From: Collinsella sp. | GTDB lineage: Bacteria > Actinomycetota > Coriobacteriia > Coriobacteriales > Coriobacteriaceae | Reading direction: 5' to 3' | Assembly: GCA_048201895.1 (NCBI GenBank) | Contig: DBFBGO010000036.1 | Span: 31,194 to 95,193 of the forward strand | Length of the DNA stretch: 64,000 nucleotides | Part shown: positions 20,038-29,612 of the stretch, piece by piece | How the letters are laid out: each line of letters starts with the position of its first letter | Position numbering within the stretch: the first letter of the stretch is position 1 | Made by a program: the position numbers and the translations under genes | Notes under the pieces: model-generated | The model's input: the letters and a program-made list of their open reading frames with translations, nothing else | What the model was told of the DNA's origin: nothing | Databases searched by the model: none

Positions 20038-22065
20038 ATGGAACAAAAGGCCAAGGAGGCAGCCTCGCACGCTGCGATTCCTGTGAGCATCTCGGCGATG
20101 CTCGTCACGCTGGGCGTGGTGTATGGTGATATCGGCACCAGCCCCATGTATGTAACCAAGGCGCTCGTTGCCGGCAACGGCGGCATCGGAAGCGTCACGG
20201 AGGAGTTCGTGCTCGGCGCGCTCTCCCTTGTCGTGTGGACGGTCACGCTGCTGACCACCATCAAGTATGTGCTCATCTCGCTGCGCGCCGATAACCATGG
20301 CGAGGGCGGCATCTTTGCCCTGTACAGCCTGGTTAAGCGCTGCGGCAAGTGGCTTATCATCCCCGCCATGCTGGGTGGCGCCGCGCTGCTCGCCGACGGC
20401 ATCCTGACGCCGGCCGTTACCGTTACCACGGCCATCGAGGGCCTGCGCACCATCCCAGCGGTCCATGCCGTGCTGGGCGATGACCAAGGCCGCGTCGTCG
20501 CCATTACGCTCGCCATCATCATCGTGCTCTTCTTGGTACAGCGCATCGGTACGGCCAAAATCGGTCACGCCTTTGGCCCCATCATGACGCTGTGGTTCCT
20601 GTTCCTGGGCGGCACGGGTCTGTTCTTTGTCTTCCAGCACCCCGCCGTGCTGCTGTGCCTCAACCCGGTTCGCGGCATCGCCTTTTTGCTGAGCCCCAAC
20701 AACCACGCGGGCATCATGATTCTGGGCAGCTGCTTCCTCGCCACCACCGGTGCCGAGGCGCTCTACTCCGACATGGGCCACGTCGGCCGCGGCAACATCT
20801 ACGCTACCTGGCCGTTCGTTAAGTGCTGCCTGCTGCTTTCCTATATGGGCCAGGGCGCTTGGCTTATGAACAACGCTGCCAACCCCGAGCTCATGGGCAT
20901 TGCCGACCTCAACCCGTTCTACCAGATGCTCGCCCCGGGCCTGCGCCCGTTTGCCGTCGGCCTTTCCACCGTTGCGGCCATCATTGCCTCGCAGGCGCTC
21001 ATCACCGGCGCATTCTCGCTGGTGTCCGAGGCCAGCCGTCTGGACCTCATGCCGCACATGCAGGTCTTCTACCCTGCCGAGACCAAGGGCCAGCTCTACA
21101 TCCCCATGGTCAACAACGTCATGCTTGTCGGCTGCGTCATCGTGGTGCTGCTGTTCCAGAACTCGGCGCATATGGAAGCCGCCTACGGCCTTGCCATTAC
21201 ACTGACTATGATGTGCACCACGCTGTTGCTCTTCTTCTACCTGCACGAGGAGCGCAAGCTCAAGGTTGCTCCGTGGATCTTCGCGGCCTTCTTCCTCTTG
21301 CTCGAAGGCTTCTTCTTCGTGAGCTCGCTCACCAAGTTCTTCCACGGCGGCTACTTCACCATCCTCATGGCCGCGCTCATCATGGGCATTATGGTGTGCT
21401 GGTACAATGGTACGGCTGTTGAGCAGCGCCAATTTACGCTGCTGCCGCTGCGCAGCTACCTGCCGCAGCTCAAGCGCCTGCGTGACGACGACCGTTACGA
21501 GCGCATGAGCGACAACGTCGTGTACCTGACCAAGGACACCCATACCGATTACATCGACCGTGATATCGTCTACTCGATCTTGGACAAGCATCCCAAACGC
21601 GCTCGCGCCTGGTGGTTCGTGAATGTCGAGACCATGGACGAGCCGCATACCTTTGCCTATTCGGTCGAGACGTTCGGCACCGACTACGTGTTCCGCGTGC
21701 ATCTGTACCTGGGCTACAAGATTAACCAGCGCGTCAATGCCTATCTGCGTCAGGTCGTTCAGGACCTGGCTGCCACCGGCGAGCTGCCGGCGCAGACGCA
21801 TGACTACTCGGTCTACAAGGATCCGGGCAACATCGGTACGTTCAAGTTCGTCCTGATTCGTAAGCTTCTGGCGCCCGAAAGCGATGTGGAGCCGAGCGAG
21901 CGTACGGCCATCACGCTCAAGTACATCATCCGCCGCGCCGCCGGCACGCCTGCACGCTGGTACGGCCTGGAGAACTCCAGCGTGAGCTTTGAGTACGTGC
22001 CGCTGTTCACCAAGTTCAAGGCCGTGAATAAGATGCAGCGCTTGGCCCCCAACGAGCGGCCGTAG
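20038..22065 (+). CDS. kup: KUP/HAK/KT potassium uptake protein
   Basis: LGVVYGDIGTSPMY, ADNHGEGG, DGILTPA, TGAEALYSDMGH, AAYGLA. Confidence 0.95.
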   Translation: MEQKAKEAASHAAIPVSISAMLVTLGVVYGDIGTSPMYVTKALVAGNGGIGSVTEEFVLGALSLVVWTVTLLTTIKYVLISLRADNHGEGGIFALYSLVKRCGKWLIIPAMLGGAALLADGILTPAVTVTTAIEGLRTIPAVHAVLGDDQGRVVAITLAIIIVLFLVQRIGTAKIGHAFGPIMTLWFLFLGGTGLFFVFQHPAVLLCLNPVRGIAFLLSPNNHAGIMILGSCFLATTGAEALYSDMGHVGRGNIYATWPFVKCCLLLSYMGQGAWLMNNAANPELMGIADLNPFYQMLAPGLRPFAVGLSTVAAIIASQALITGAFSLVSEASRLDLMPHMQVFYPAETKGQLYIPMVNNVMLVGCVIVVLLFQNSAHMEAAYGLAITLTMMCTTLLLFFYLHEERKLKVAPWIFAAFFLLLEGFFFVSSLTKFFHGGYFTILMAALIMGIMVCWYNGTAVEQRQFTLLPLRSYLPQLKRLRDDDRYERMSDNVVYLTKDTHTDYIDRDIVYSILDKHPKRARAWWFVNVETMDEPHTFAYSVETFGTDYVFRVHLYLGYKINQRVNAYLRQVVQDLAATGELPAQTHDYSVYKDPGNIGTFKFVLIRKLLAPESDVEPSERTAITLKYIIRRAAGTPARWYGLENSSVSFEYVPLFTKFKAVNKMQRLAPNERP

Positions 22066-22096
22066 TCGCCGACAGGCTGCATGGAGTTGGTTTTCG

Positions 22097-22321
22097 ATGG
22101 ACAAGATTGAGGCCGGGGAGGCAAACATGGATGCAAAGGCGCTCGATGGCCGCGAGGCGGTGGTCGAAATGGTGCGTGAGGCGCGTGTCGACGCCGCCGA
22201 AGATCGGTTCCTTACGAACCGTGCCAACATGGATATGGCCGATCGCGTAATTTCGATCGTGGCACTGGTATTTGGAGCGGTGTGCGTGTGTGCCCTGCTC
22301 GCGCACGTGCTATTTGTCTAG
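22097..22321 (+). CDS. Small hypothetical membrane protein (one C-terminal TM)
   Basis: GGAG RBS, typical codon use, hydrophobic C-terminus; alternative start 22127. Confidence 0.5.
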   Translation: MDKIEAGEANMDAKALDGREAVVEMVREARVDAAEDRFLTNRANMDMADRVISIVALVFGAVCVCALLAHVLFV

Positions 22322-22432
22322 CGACCGCCGGTTGCAAAGGCTATACACTTGGAACCACCACAAGGGAAACCACCACAAAGGTGCCTGTCCCTTTGTGGTG
22401 GATTTTGTTTTTGAGAGAGGGGCGGGGCACTG

Positions 22433-24058
22433 ATGGACGTCCGTACGGACGGCGATATTGCCGATAGCTTTTGGTGGCGGCGCACAACGCTGACGCGCCG
22501 CACTCCTCTGTATGACGCCTGCGTATCGGTGGGGCTGCTGGTCGCGGCGACGATTGTGGGCGCGCTGCTCGACCATCCGGGTCTCGCGCCGAGCATCATG
22601 ATCGTCTATGTGTTCGCCGTTCAGCTGTGCGCATTCTTTACCTGGAGTCGCCTGTATTGCTTGCTGAGCACGGCTGCCGCCGTGGCGCTCTACAACTTCT
22701 TGTTTGTCGACCCGCGCTACTCGCTGTCGCTTATCGACCGCGGCTATCCCGGCATGTTCTTCATCATGTTCGTGGTCTCGCTTGTGTCGAGCTCGATTGC
22801 GTTGGCCCTGCGCCGTGCCTTGGCACAGGCCGCCGCCAGCGACCGTCGCACGCATATGGTGCTCGAGACCAACCGCATGCTGCAGCGGTGCGCCGATCAG
22901 CGGCAGATTGTCCATGCCATGGCAACGCAGCTGGCGCGTCTTTCGGGCTGTCCGGTCGTGTGGTACAGCGCCGACGCCGAGGGCGATGACCTGCTGCCGC
23001 GTGCGACATACACGGCCGTGGGCGATGCCGCACCGGTGCACGAACTGGCGCCGCAGATGCCGCCGCGGCTCTCGGCATCCGCCTATGTGGGAACGCCGCT
23101 CGACGCCACGTTTGGCGGCTCGGCGTTTTATGGCATCTACCTGACAGTTCGCACAGGCGACGGCTTCGCGCGCTCGGGCGACCCCGCCTCGGTGGTGGGC
23201 GTGCTGGCTATCGTTGCCGAGCCCGACGTGCTGACGCACGAGGAGCGAACACTTGCCGATGCCATCGTGAGCGAAGGCGAGTTGGCACTCGATCGCGCCC
23301 GCGCCATGGAGGCCCGCGAGGAGGCGGCGGTGCTCGCCAAAAACGAACAGCTGCGAGCCAACCTGCTGCGCTCCATCTCGCACGATCTGCGTACGCCGCT
23401 CACCAGTATTTCGGGCAATGCCGATGTCCTGCTCGATCAGGGCTCGACCGGCACCGCGGTGCTCGATGCCCAGACGCGCCGCGGCCTGCTCCTTTCCATT
23501 CGCTCGGATGCGCAATGGCTCAACGCCACCGTCGAGAACCTGCTCGCCATCACCAAGCTCGAGGGTGGCGGTATGCGCCTGTCGACCACGCTCGAGCTCA
23601 TGGACGATATCGTCGAGGAGGCACTGCGCCACGTGAACCCTGCCGTGCGCGAGCACGACCTTAAGGTGGTGGCGTGCGATGAGCCGGCGCTCGTCAACGT
23701 CGATGCGCGCCTGATGGTGCAGCTGGTGGTCAATCTGGTGAACAACGCCATCACCTATACACCCGCAGGCTCCCATATCATGATTTCGATTAGCGTCGAC
23801 GATGGACGCGTGGCGTGCTCGGTGGCCGATGATGGTCCGGGCATCGCACCCGAGGATCGCGAACGCATCTTTGAGTCGTTCTATACCGCCAGCCATGGCC
23901 TGGCCGACAGCCACCGTAGTGTGGGCCTGGGGCTTTCGCTCTGCCGCTCCATTGCGCTGGCGCATGGCGGTAGCATAGAGGTTGCCGCGGCGGACCCGCA
24001 CGGCTCGGTCTTTACGATTGAGCTTCCCGTCGCCGATGTTTCGTTTGATAAGGAGTAG
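22433..24058 (+). CDS. kdpD: KdpD-like sensor histidine kinase, short form (DUF4118 TMs, GAF-like, HisKA, HATPase)
   Basis: YNFLFVDPRYSL, EQLRANLLRSISHDLRTPLTSI, NNAITY, DDGPG, GLGL. Confidence 0.8.
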   Translation: MDVRTDGDIADSFWWRRTTLTRRTPLYDACVSVGLLVAATIVGALLDHPGLAPSIMIVYVFAVQLCAFFTWSRLYCLLSTAAAVALYNFLFVDPRYSLSLIDRGYPGMFFIMFVVSLVSSSIALALRRALAQAAASDRRTHMVLETNRMLQRCADQRQIVHAMATQLARLSGCPVVWYSADAEGDDLLPRATYTAVGDAAPVHELAPQMPPRLSASAYVGTPLDATFGGSAFYGIYLTVRTGDGFARSGDPASVVGVLAIVAEPDVLTHEERTLADAIVSEGELALDRARAMEAREEAAVLAKNEQLRANLLRSISHDLRTPLTSISGNADVLLDQGSTGTAVLDAQTRRGLLLSIRSDAQWLNATVENLLAITKLEGGGMRLSTTLELMDDIVEEALRHVNPAVREHDLKVVACDEPALVNVDARLMVQLVVNLVNNAITYTPAGSHIMISISVDDGRVACSVADDGPGIAPEDRERIFESFYTASHGLADSHRSVGLGLSLCRSIALAHGGSIEVAAADPHGSVFTIELPVADVSFDKE

Positions 24059-24062
24059 CGCT

Positions 24063-24776
24063 GTGCCGAACTCTGCCGTAAAACCGCTTGTCTTGGTCGT
24101 TGAGGACGACCCCGCTGTCCGCAACCTTATCGTTGCCGCGCTCGAGGCGCATGGCTTGCGTCATATGGCCGTTGAGACTGCCCATGCCGCCATCGCCGCC
24201 GCCTCATCGCAGGCACCGAGCATTGTGCTGCTCGATCTGGGCCTGCCCGATATGGACGGCGTCAAGGTGGTGGAGTCGGTGCGCGCATGGTCGGGCATGC
24301 CGATCATCGTGGTCTCGGCGCGCAGCGAGGACGCGGACAAGATTCGCGCGCTCGATGCCGGCGCCGACGACTACCTGACCAAGCCGTTTTCGGTTGAGGA
24401 GCTGCTCGCGCGTATTCGCACGACGCTCAGGCGCCTTTCGTATGCGCAAACGGGCGGCGTTGTCTCCGAGGGCTCGTTCGATACCGGTGAGCTGCATATC
24501 GATTTTGATGCCGGCATCGCCACGATGGATGGTAAGGAGTTGCACCTGACGCCGATTGAGTACAAGCTCTTGTGCTTGCTGGCACACAACGCCGACAAGG
24601 TGCTGACGCACCAGTTTATCCTGCACGAGATTTGGGGCACGGCGACCAAGAGTGACCTGGCAAGCCTGCGCGTCTTTATGGGCACGCTGCGCAAGAAAAT
24701 CGAGTCCGACCCCGCGCATCCGCGCTATATCCAAACGCACGTGGGTATCGGCTATCGCCTGGTCACCCAAGGGTAG
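24063..24776 (+). CDS. kdpE: KdpE-like OmpR-family response regulator
   Basis: LLDLGLPDMDG, ALDAGADDYLTKPF, KVLTH, LRVFMGTLRKKIE.DP..PRYIQT. Confidence 0.85.
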   Translation: MPNSAVKPLVLVVEDDPAVRNLIVAALEAHGLRHMAVETAHAAIAAASSQAPSIVLLDLGLPDMDGVKVVESVRAWSGMPIIVVSARSEDADKIRALDAGADDYLTKPFSVEELLARIRTTLRRLSYAQTGGVVSEGSFDTGELHIDFDAGIATMDGKELHLTPIEYKLLCLLAHNADKVLTHQFILHEIWGTATKSDLASLRVFMGTLRKKIESDPAHPRYIQTHVGIGYRLVTQG

Positions 24777-24800
24777 GACGGCGTCCGCCATCCCACTATG

Positions 24801-24867
24801 AGTTGCGGTGAAATACGGTCTAAATTTGCCTAATTCCAGGCAAAGCAGTCCATATTCCACCGCAACT
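24801..24867. repeat. Short inverted-repeat element, family B, copy 2
   Basis: agttgcggtgaaatacgg ... ccatattccaccgcaact; between convergent kdpE and rlmKL. Confidence 0.75.
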
Positions 24868-24871
24868 TTGT

Positions 24872-27430
24872 TTATTTGCCCTTGGGCTTGCTGGCGTAGA
24901 ACTTCTTCTTTTTGGGCTTGCCGGCGGGGGAGGGTTTGCCGTTGCCGTGCGACCCTCGGTCGCCGGCCTGCGCGTGCGCGGGCGCCGTTGCACGAGACTT
25001 GCGGGCCTCGGGGTTGCGCAGCTTCTCGGTTCGCTCTGCAATCTCCTCGGCACTAAAGCCGACCTCGGCCATGGCATCCTCGATGGGCAGGCGGCGCACG
25101 GTATAGCAGTGGTGCACCTTCTGGTTGCGTGCGAAGTCCTCGGGGATGGTCTGCGCCGTAATGTCTTCCAACACGACGCCCGCTCGTGCGAGCTTGCGCG
25201 TCTCGGGGCGGAAGCCGCGCAGGTTGCAGCTAAAGATGGCATGCCCGCCCTGTGCGAGCAGGCGCGATACGCCGGCCAAAAGCTCAACATGGTCGCGCTG
25301 GACATCCCAGGTGCGACGGCCCATCTTGGACGAGTTCGAAAACGTGGGCGGATCGACAAAGATCAGGTCCCAGCGGTTGCGCGTCTGGCGCTGATCGCGA
25401 ATCCAGGCGAGCACGTCGTCGCGCACAAAATGATGCTGCGGTCCCACAAAGCCGTTTTGGCGCATGTTGCGCTCGGCCCAGTCCAGGTAGGTGTTGGAGA
25501 GGTCGACCGTCACGGTCTCCTCGACGCCGCCGTCTGCCGCATAGCAGGTGGCGGTGCCGGTGTAGGCGAACAGATTGAGGAAGCGGCGCGCCTGTTTGGC
25601 GTGCTCGCGCACCAGGTTGCGGGTGACACGGTGGTCCAGGAAGATGCCCACATCCAGGTAGTCGTCAAAGTTGACGGCAAAGGTGAGTCCGCCCTCTTCG
25701 ATGAGCGGCAGGCGACGGCGCGCGATGTTGGCGCGCTCGCCCGATGCGCCCTTGCCGGCGCCCTGCTTGCCGTACTGCGAGCCGCCGCGCGAACGCATGC
25801 GGGCCTTGGCGTGCACGTGCTCGGCCGAAACATCCAAGATGCGCGGCGCGATGGCCAAGATGTCGAGCATGCGGGCCTGGGCCAGCGCGGGGTCGATGGT
25901 CTTAGGCGCGGCGTACTCGGCGATGACGAGCCAGCGGCCCGGCGTCTGCGGGCAGCCCTCGTACAGGTCGATGGCGGCGGAGTAGTCGGGCAGGTCGGCA
26001 TCGTAGACGCGGTAGCAGCTCACGCCCTCGCGCTTGGCCCACTTGCGGCGCAGACGGGCATTCTTGCGCAGGCGGTTGGCGAACTGCTCCGACTCGGGGA
26101 TGAGCACGGGCAACGGCTTGCCGTCGCCCAGGTCGAGCGTGGCGGCAGGTTCGGGCATGGGGGTGTTGGCGGCTTCGTCCACGGCGTCCGCGGTCTGTTT
26201 CTCGGCGTTTGCGCTGGTCGCAGCTTCGAATGCCGCGGCGGCGTGGTCGAGCGAGGGCCAAACCTCAAGAGCTGCCTCCTCGTTATTGGGCATGACGGCG
26301 ATTGAGCGCTCAGGTTCGGCGTGGAGCGCGCGGGCCAGCAATCCGTCGCGGGTGAGCGCGGCGACCGGTGCCGAAGCGAGCTCGGGCGCGCGGCGCAACT
26401 CGCCGACCAGCGTCATGGCGTCGTGCATGAGCGAAAGCGGGGTCTCGGTGGTGTCTGCGACCACGGCGGCACCGGCGACGGCGCCCGCATGGTCCAGCAC
26501 GGTGGCGGGCTTGGCGGCACAAAAGTCGACAAAACGCTTGTAGCCGGCGCACTTGGCCATGCGCTCGGCAGTCTTGCGGGCGGCGGGGTCGATGTCTACG
26601 GCCACGATGCGCGCCTGGCGCTCGCGCGCTGCCGCCTCGCGCTCGCGCGACTCGGCAAGCAGCTGCTCCCACAGGGCGGCGTCGTGCAGCTGCCAGCCCT
26701 CAAAGCCCCAGCGCTCGCGTGCGGCGCCCGGGGCGCGGTCGGTCAGAATGTTCACGGCTTCCAGCAACAGGCCGCCGCCGGCGCACGAGGCATCAATTAG
26801 CGTGGGAAGGGCTTCGTTCTCGTAATCGTCGGCCGTCAACTCGCGCTCGCACAGTGCGGTCCAGCCGACCTGCGCCAGCACCAGGGCGGCGTAGTCGGGG
26901 CGCAGCACGTGCGCGCCCTCGCCGGCGCGGGTCGCTGCGGGCGGCAGGCGTTTGAACAGTGGGTCGCCCGAAAGGTCCAGGCTGATGCTCGCGCGGCGCT
27001 GGCGCAGCGAAAGCAACAGGTGAACATCGGGGTCGGCGGCATCGACGTCGGCGCGACGGCCCGTGGTCTCGGCCAGACGGTCGCACAGCGCGTCCTTGGC
27101 GCGCAGGGCCGAGAAGCGCGTGTTGCGCAGCTGCTCGGTCACGCCACGGGTGGTGATGGCGATGGTGGCGCCGGGGCGGATGATGGTCTCCCAGGCGATG
27201 TCGTAAACGCTATCGTACAGTTCATCGGCATCCTGCGCCTCAAAGCGCCCGAGTACCACGAACACGCGGCTCGCCAGGCGCGACCACAGACAGGCGCGGT
27301 AGCCTTCTTCGAGCTCGCCCTCAAATGTAGCGCGGCCCTTCAGCCGGCGAACATGCGAAAGCCCGAGGCGTTTAAGCTCATCGGCGAGTGCGGACTCAAA
27401 GCCCTCGGGGCAGCTTGCGTAAAATTCCAT
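24872..27430 (-). CDS. rlmKL: Bifunctional 23S rRNA methyltransferase RlmKL-like (THUMP plus two MTase domains)
   Basis: CLWSRLASRV, FANRLRKN, CYRVYDADLPDY, GIFLDHR, FLNLFAYTG, DPPTFSNSSKM. Confidence 0.9.
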   Translation of the reverse strand: MEFYASCPEGFESALADELKRLGLSHVRRLKGRATFEGELEEGYRACLWSRLASRVFVVLGRFEAQDADELYDSVYDIAWETIIRPGATIAITTRGVTEQLRNTRFSALRAKDALCDRLAETTGRRADVDAADPDVHLLLSLRQRRASISLDLSGDPLFKRLPPAATRAGEGAHVLRPDYAALVLAQVGWTALCERELTADDYENEALPTLIDASCAGGGLLLEAVNILTDRAPGAARERWGFEGWQLHDAALWEQLLAESREREAAARERQARIVAVDIDPAARKTAERMAKCAGYKRFVDFCAAKPATVLDHAGAVAGAAVVADTTETPLSLMHDAMTLVGELRRAPELASAPVAALTRDGLLARALHAEPERSIAVMPNNEEAALEVWPSLDHAAAAFEAATSANAEKQTADAVDEAANTPMPEPAATLDLGDGKPLPVLIPESEQFANRLRKNARLRRKWAKREGVSCYRVYDADLPDYSAAIDLYEGCPQTPGRWLVIAEYAAPKTIDPALAQARMLDILAIAPRILDVSAEHVHAKARMRSRGGSQYGKQGAGKGASGERANIARRRLPLIEEGGLTFAVNFDDYLDVGIFLDHRVTRNLVREHAKQARRFLNLFAYTGTATCYAADGGVEETVTVDLSNTYLDWAERNMRQNGFVGPQHHFVRDDVLAWIRDQRQTRNRWDLIFVDPPTFSNSSKMGRRTWDVQRDHVELLAGVSRLLAQGGHAIFSCNLRGFRPETRKLARAGVVLEDITAQTIPEDFARNQKVHHCYTVRRLPIEDAMAEVGFSAEEIAERTEKLRNPEARKSRATAPAHAQAGDRGSHGNGKPSPAGKPKKKKFYASKPKGK

Positions 27431-27505
27431 GGGTGACCTCTCTGGTTGCGTCGCTCCATTATATGATGGATACTCCGTTTACTCTCGCCCCCGAAAGGAA
27501 CCCAT

Positions 27506-28333
27506 ATGAGTGATGCGTGTCCCGAACCCGCTGTGCTCTTTTTTGACGTGGATGGCACGCTGACGTCGTTCGATCCCGACGATATGACCGATAAGGACTT
27601 CAATGCAGTCCATCCGTCGAAGGCTGTTGTCGATGCATTTGGTCGCCTGCGCAATGCGGGTCACCAGGCATTTATCTGCACGGGTCGTCCCTTGTGGCTG
27701 ATTGCCGATGGCCTGCGTGCTTTGGAGCCTGCGGGTGTCGTTGCCATGGCGGGAGCGACGCTCGAGGTCGAGGGCCGCGTGGTACACGAGGACTGCTTTG
27801 GCGAGGACGTTATCGAGGAGCTCGCGCGCCGTATGGCCGCGGCAGGGATTGAGGCCTTTTTCGAGACCAACGTTGCTACTTTTGCCCTGGAACCCGCGGG
27901 CGTTGAGCGGTCGTCTCTGATCGGCACTTCTGTGGTGCACAGCACCGAGGAAATGCGCGTCGGCGGCCGTCTGCGCGTGGGCAAGGTGTGCCTCAGTGTG
28001 CCCAGTTTGGCTCGCGTAGCCAACGATGATGGCTTTATCGATCGCGAGTTTGAGCTGTGCAACACCGGTGGCCAGAATCGCGAGCTGAGCCCCAAGGGCA
28101 TTGACAAGGGCGTGGGCGTGGCGCGAGCGCTGGCGTATCTGGGTCGTGAGGGAAATGCGCGCACCTTTGGCTTTGGCGATTCGGGCAACGACCTGGGCAT
28201 GCTTGCCGCCGTCGAGACAGCCGTGGCCATGGGCAACGCCATGCCCGAGGTCAAGGCGCTCGCCGACTACGTGACCGACGATGTCGCACACGACGGTACC
28301 GTCACAGCGATGCAGCATTTCGGCCTCATCTAA
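27506..28333 (+). CDS. Cof-type HAD hydrolase
   Basis: DVDGTL, CTGR, DKG, FGDSGNDLGM, AMGNA. Confidence 0.9.
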   Translation: MSDACPEPAVLFFDVDGTLTSFDPDDMTDKDFNAVHPSKAVVDAFGRLRNAGHQAFICTGRPLWLIADGLRALEPAGVVAMAGATLEVEGRVVHEDCFGEDVIEELARRMAAAGIEAFFETNVATFALEPAGVERSSLIGTSVVHSTEEMRVGGRLRVGKVCLSVPSLARVANDDGFIDREFELCNTGGQNRELSPKGIDKGVGVARALAYLGREGNARTFGFGDSGNDLGMLAAVETAVAMGNAMPEVKALADYVTDDVAHDGTVTAMQHFGLI

Positions 28334-28526
28334 TGAATCCCGCGTTCTGACGTTTGCTCAAACTGCGACTCTTCGCTTTTGCATGCTCAATCGATTTATC
28401 AATCCAAACACTGAGGTGTTTATACCGTTCGCCGAGAAGATAAAAAACCGCAGCTCACGCCTTGATAAACGTAGGTAAAGTGTTTAGCAGTTTATCGGCC
28501 GTATGCTAACGAAAGGAATCAGGCAG

Positions 28527-29231
28527 ATGGCAATCAAGGTGTTCGCTGACGGTGCAAACCTCGAGGGCATGCTCGACATGTACGAGAACGGCAACGTTCA
28601 GGGTTTCACGACCAACCCGTCCCTTATGAAGAAGGGCGGCGTGACGGATTACCGCGCGTTTGCCAAAGAGGTCCTGGCCCACATCACCGATGTATCCGTG
28701 TCGTTTGAGGTCTTTGCCGACGACGTAGAGACCATGGAGGTCGAGGCGCGCGAGATCGCTACCTGGGCCGAGAACGCCTACGTCAAGATTCCGTGCGTGA
28801 CCACCAAGGGCGAGTCCACCGCCGAGCTGGTCCGCAAGCTTTCGGCCGACGGCATCAAGGTCAACGTCACCACCATCTTTACGCCTGCGCAGGTTGATGA
28901 GATGGTCGAGGCCGTCGACGCCGAGACGCCGTCCATCATCTCGCTCTTTGCCGGCCGCATCGCCGATACCGGCGTCGACCCCATTCCGTTTATGACGGAG
29001 TCGGTTAAGAAGGCCGCCGCAAAGCCCAACTGCGAGGTCCTGTGGGCGTCCACGCGCGAGCTCATCAACATTTACCAGGCCGAGGCCTGCGGTTGCCGGA
29101 TCATCACGGTGCCCAACAGCATCCTGGCCAAGCGCAAGAACATTGGTCGCGACCCGTACGAGGTCTCGCTCGATACCGTGCGCGGTTTTGCCAAGGATAT
29201 CGCGGCGCTCGGTTTCCATATCCTGCCGTAG
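28527..29231 (+). CDS. Small transaldolase/FSA-family protein
   Basis: GFTTNPSL, YVKIP, VNVT, FAGRIAD, LWASTRE; AAAGGA RBS. Confidence 0.9.
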   Translation: MAIKVFADGANLEGMLDMYENGNVQGFTTNPSLMKKGGVTDYRAFAKEVLAHITDVSVSFEVFADDVETMEVEAREIATWAENAYVKIPCVTTKGESTAELVRKLSADGIKVNVTTIFTPAQVDEMVEAVDAETPSIISLFAGRIADTGVDPIPFMTESVKKAAAKPNCEVLWASTRELINIYQAEACGCRIITVPNSILAKRKNIGRDPYEVSLDTVRGFAKDIAALGFHILP

Positions 29232-29261
29232 TGCGAACACCGACTGTACCGTGGGCTGTTC

Positions 29262-29333
29262 GCCCCGGCCTTTCCTTTCCCTATCGCTCACGCGCTCCGC
29301 GAGGGTCGCGCTAGGCAAAGGAAAGGCCGGGGC
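29262..29333. repeat. GC-rich hairpin related to 5772-5878
   Basis: gccccggcctttccttt ... aaaggaaaggccggggc. Confidence 0.7.
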
Positions 29334-29405
29334 TGCCGGCACGAGCTTGCCAGCAAGTTGGCGCTTGGCTTCCATATCCTTCCGTGGGCAAAGGTATCCC
29401 CGCCT

Positions 29406-29585
29406 GCACCGTGCAAAATCGAGAGTATTCAGCAAGGTAAAGGTCTTTATCAGTTAACCGAAGCAAAAAACGGCCCCCGTTTTGGCTCTGACGACGCTAA
29501 AACGGGGGCCGCTTTTTGCTTTTTCGTCTCTGAGGGGCATCTGGAACGGTGGAATTTGCAGAATACTCGCGATTTTGCACATCGC
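29406..29585. mobile_element. MITE-like element, family C copy 2, containing a bidirectional terminator-like hairpin (29462-29520)
   Basis: IR gtgcaaaatcgagagtattcagcaa / ttgcagaatactcgcgattttgcac. Confidence 0.55.
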
Positions 29586-29612
29586 TACAGGGGGTACCTT
29601 TGCTTTGGCGGT

